In this document: positions 63,248 to 64,000 of the stretch, in pieces
Position numbering within the stretch: position 1 is the first letter of the stretch
Layout: every line of letters begins with the position of its first letter
DNA from: Anthoceros angustus
Lineage: Eukaryota > Plantae > Anthocerotophyta
Direction of reading: 5' to 3'
DNA: 64,000 bases
Assembly (NCBI GenBank): GCA_010909165.1
Contig: MU008162.1
Coordinates: forward strand, 806,001-870,000
The notes under the pieces: generated by a model
What the model was told of the DNA's origin: nothing
Databases searched by the model: none
Seen by the model: the letters and a program-made list of their open reading frames with translations, nothing else
Translations under genes and position numbers: made by a program

Positions 63248-64000
63248 GCTTTGAGGTTAACCTCAGGTTAACTCATCTTAAGCTCGGGCCTTTGTTGGCT
63301 GCTGTTTATTGTTGCAATAGCTTCCAGGTAGCAGACTCCCTTCATGCGCTCATCATAAGAGGCAAGCCAAAGTGCGAGACCGTCGCCCGGATCAATACAA
63401 TTCTTAGCGTAGCGCCTAACTTGAAGGCTAAGTTTTAAACTTGCCACGATAGTGACTTTAAGTTTCGGAAGCAAGGTGTGGATGTTCAGAACAACATGCT
63501 GGTGATGGGCTTGAAGGAGAAGTTAGGAGGGCCAAATGTGCTTATCGAATGGTTTGGGATGGCTCACAATGAGAATGACAGCTTCTCCTTCGAAGCCTCG
63601 ACAAATTGTTGTCATAGGAGTGGAGAAATGTAGATAATCTCATCTACAAGATCTATGGCCGGAGGCCAACCACCTTTCCAACTTTTTGCAGGCGATGCAC
63701 CTTGAATCTAAAAATTTCACAAAATTAGAGGAGAGTCCCTCTACATTGCCTATCCAATAAGCTCACCCTTGCCACATATGGAAGACTCTAGCATTGGGAG
63801 TGCCGAAACTAATCTCCCCAAGTTTCCTGGCCAATATACGGTTCCACTCATGGTTATTTAAAACACATGCACTTTTTCGGTAGCTTTGAGGTTAACCTCA
63901 GTTAACTCATCATCTTAAGCTCGGGCCTTTGTTGGCTGCTGTTTATTGTTGCAATAGCTTCCAGGTAGCAGACTCCCTTCATGCAGGCTCGCAGTCATAA
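63248..64000. repeat. 635-bp-period direct repeat starting with a 14-bp palindrome
   Basis: 63248-63360 recurs at 63883-64000. Palindrome TGAGGTTAACCTCA at 63252-63265 and 63887-63900. Confidence 0.85.

Overview
Nuclear DNA of a land plant: spliceosomal introns, a PLS-class PPR gene, F-box, P450, subtilase and ALB3. The compact, GC-rich genes suggest a non-seed plant such as a hornwort (inference only). The left ~33 kb is transposon-rich: a Sola-like DDD transposase remnant, a Ty3/Gypsy element, a frameshifted F-box gene and PPR gene, a P450 5' fragment, a 3-LTR tandem chromovirus, and Harbinger and integrase fragments. The right ~31 kb is gene-rich: a purple acid phosphatase cluster with P1BS sites, tRNA-Gly(TCC), V-ATPase subunit A, an unknown coiled-coil gene, isopropylmalate isomerase large subunit, a subtilase and ALB3. 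Top finding: the Gypsy element at ~3.4-9.4 kb (minus strand) carries a complete C5 DNA-cytosine methyltransferase domain between protease and RT and ends in a PHD finger (gag-PR-DNMT-RT-RH-INT-PHD). Second finding: the tandem chromovirus has non-canonical AGT...ACT LTR termini. Many TE reading frames are broken by single-base indels, which may be real decay or unpolished long-read errors. Most coordinates inside degenerate elements are approximate.
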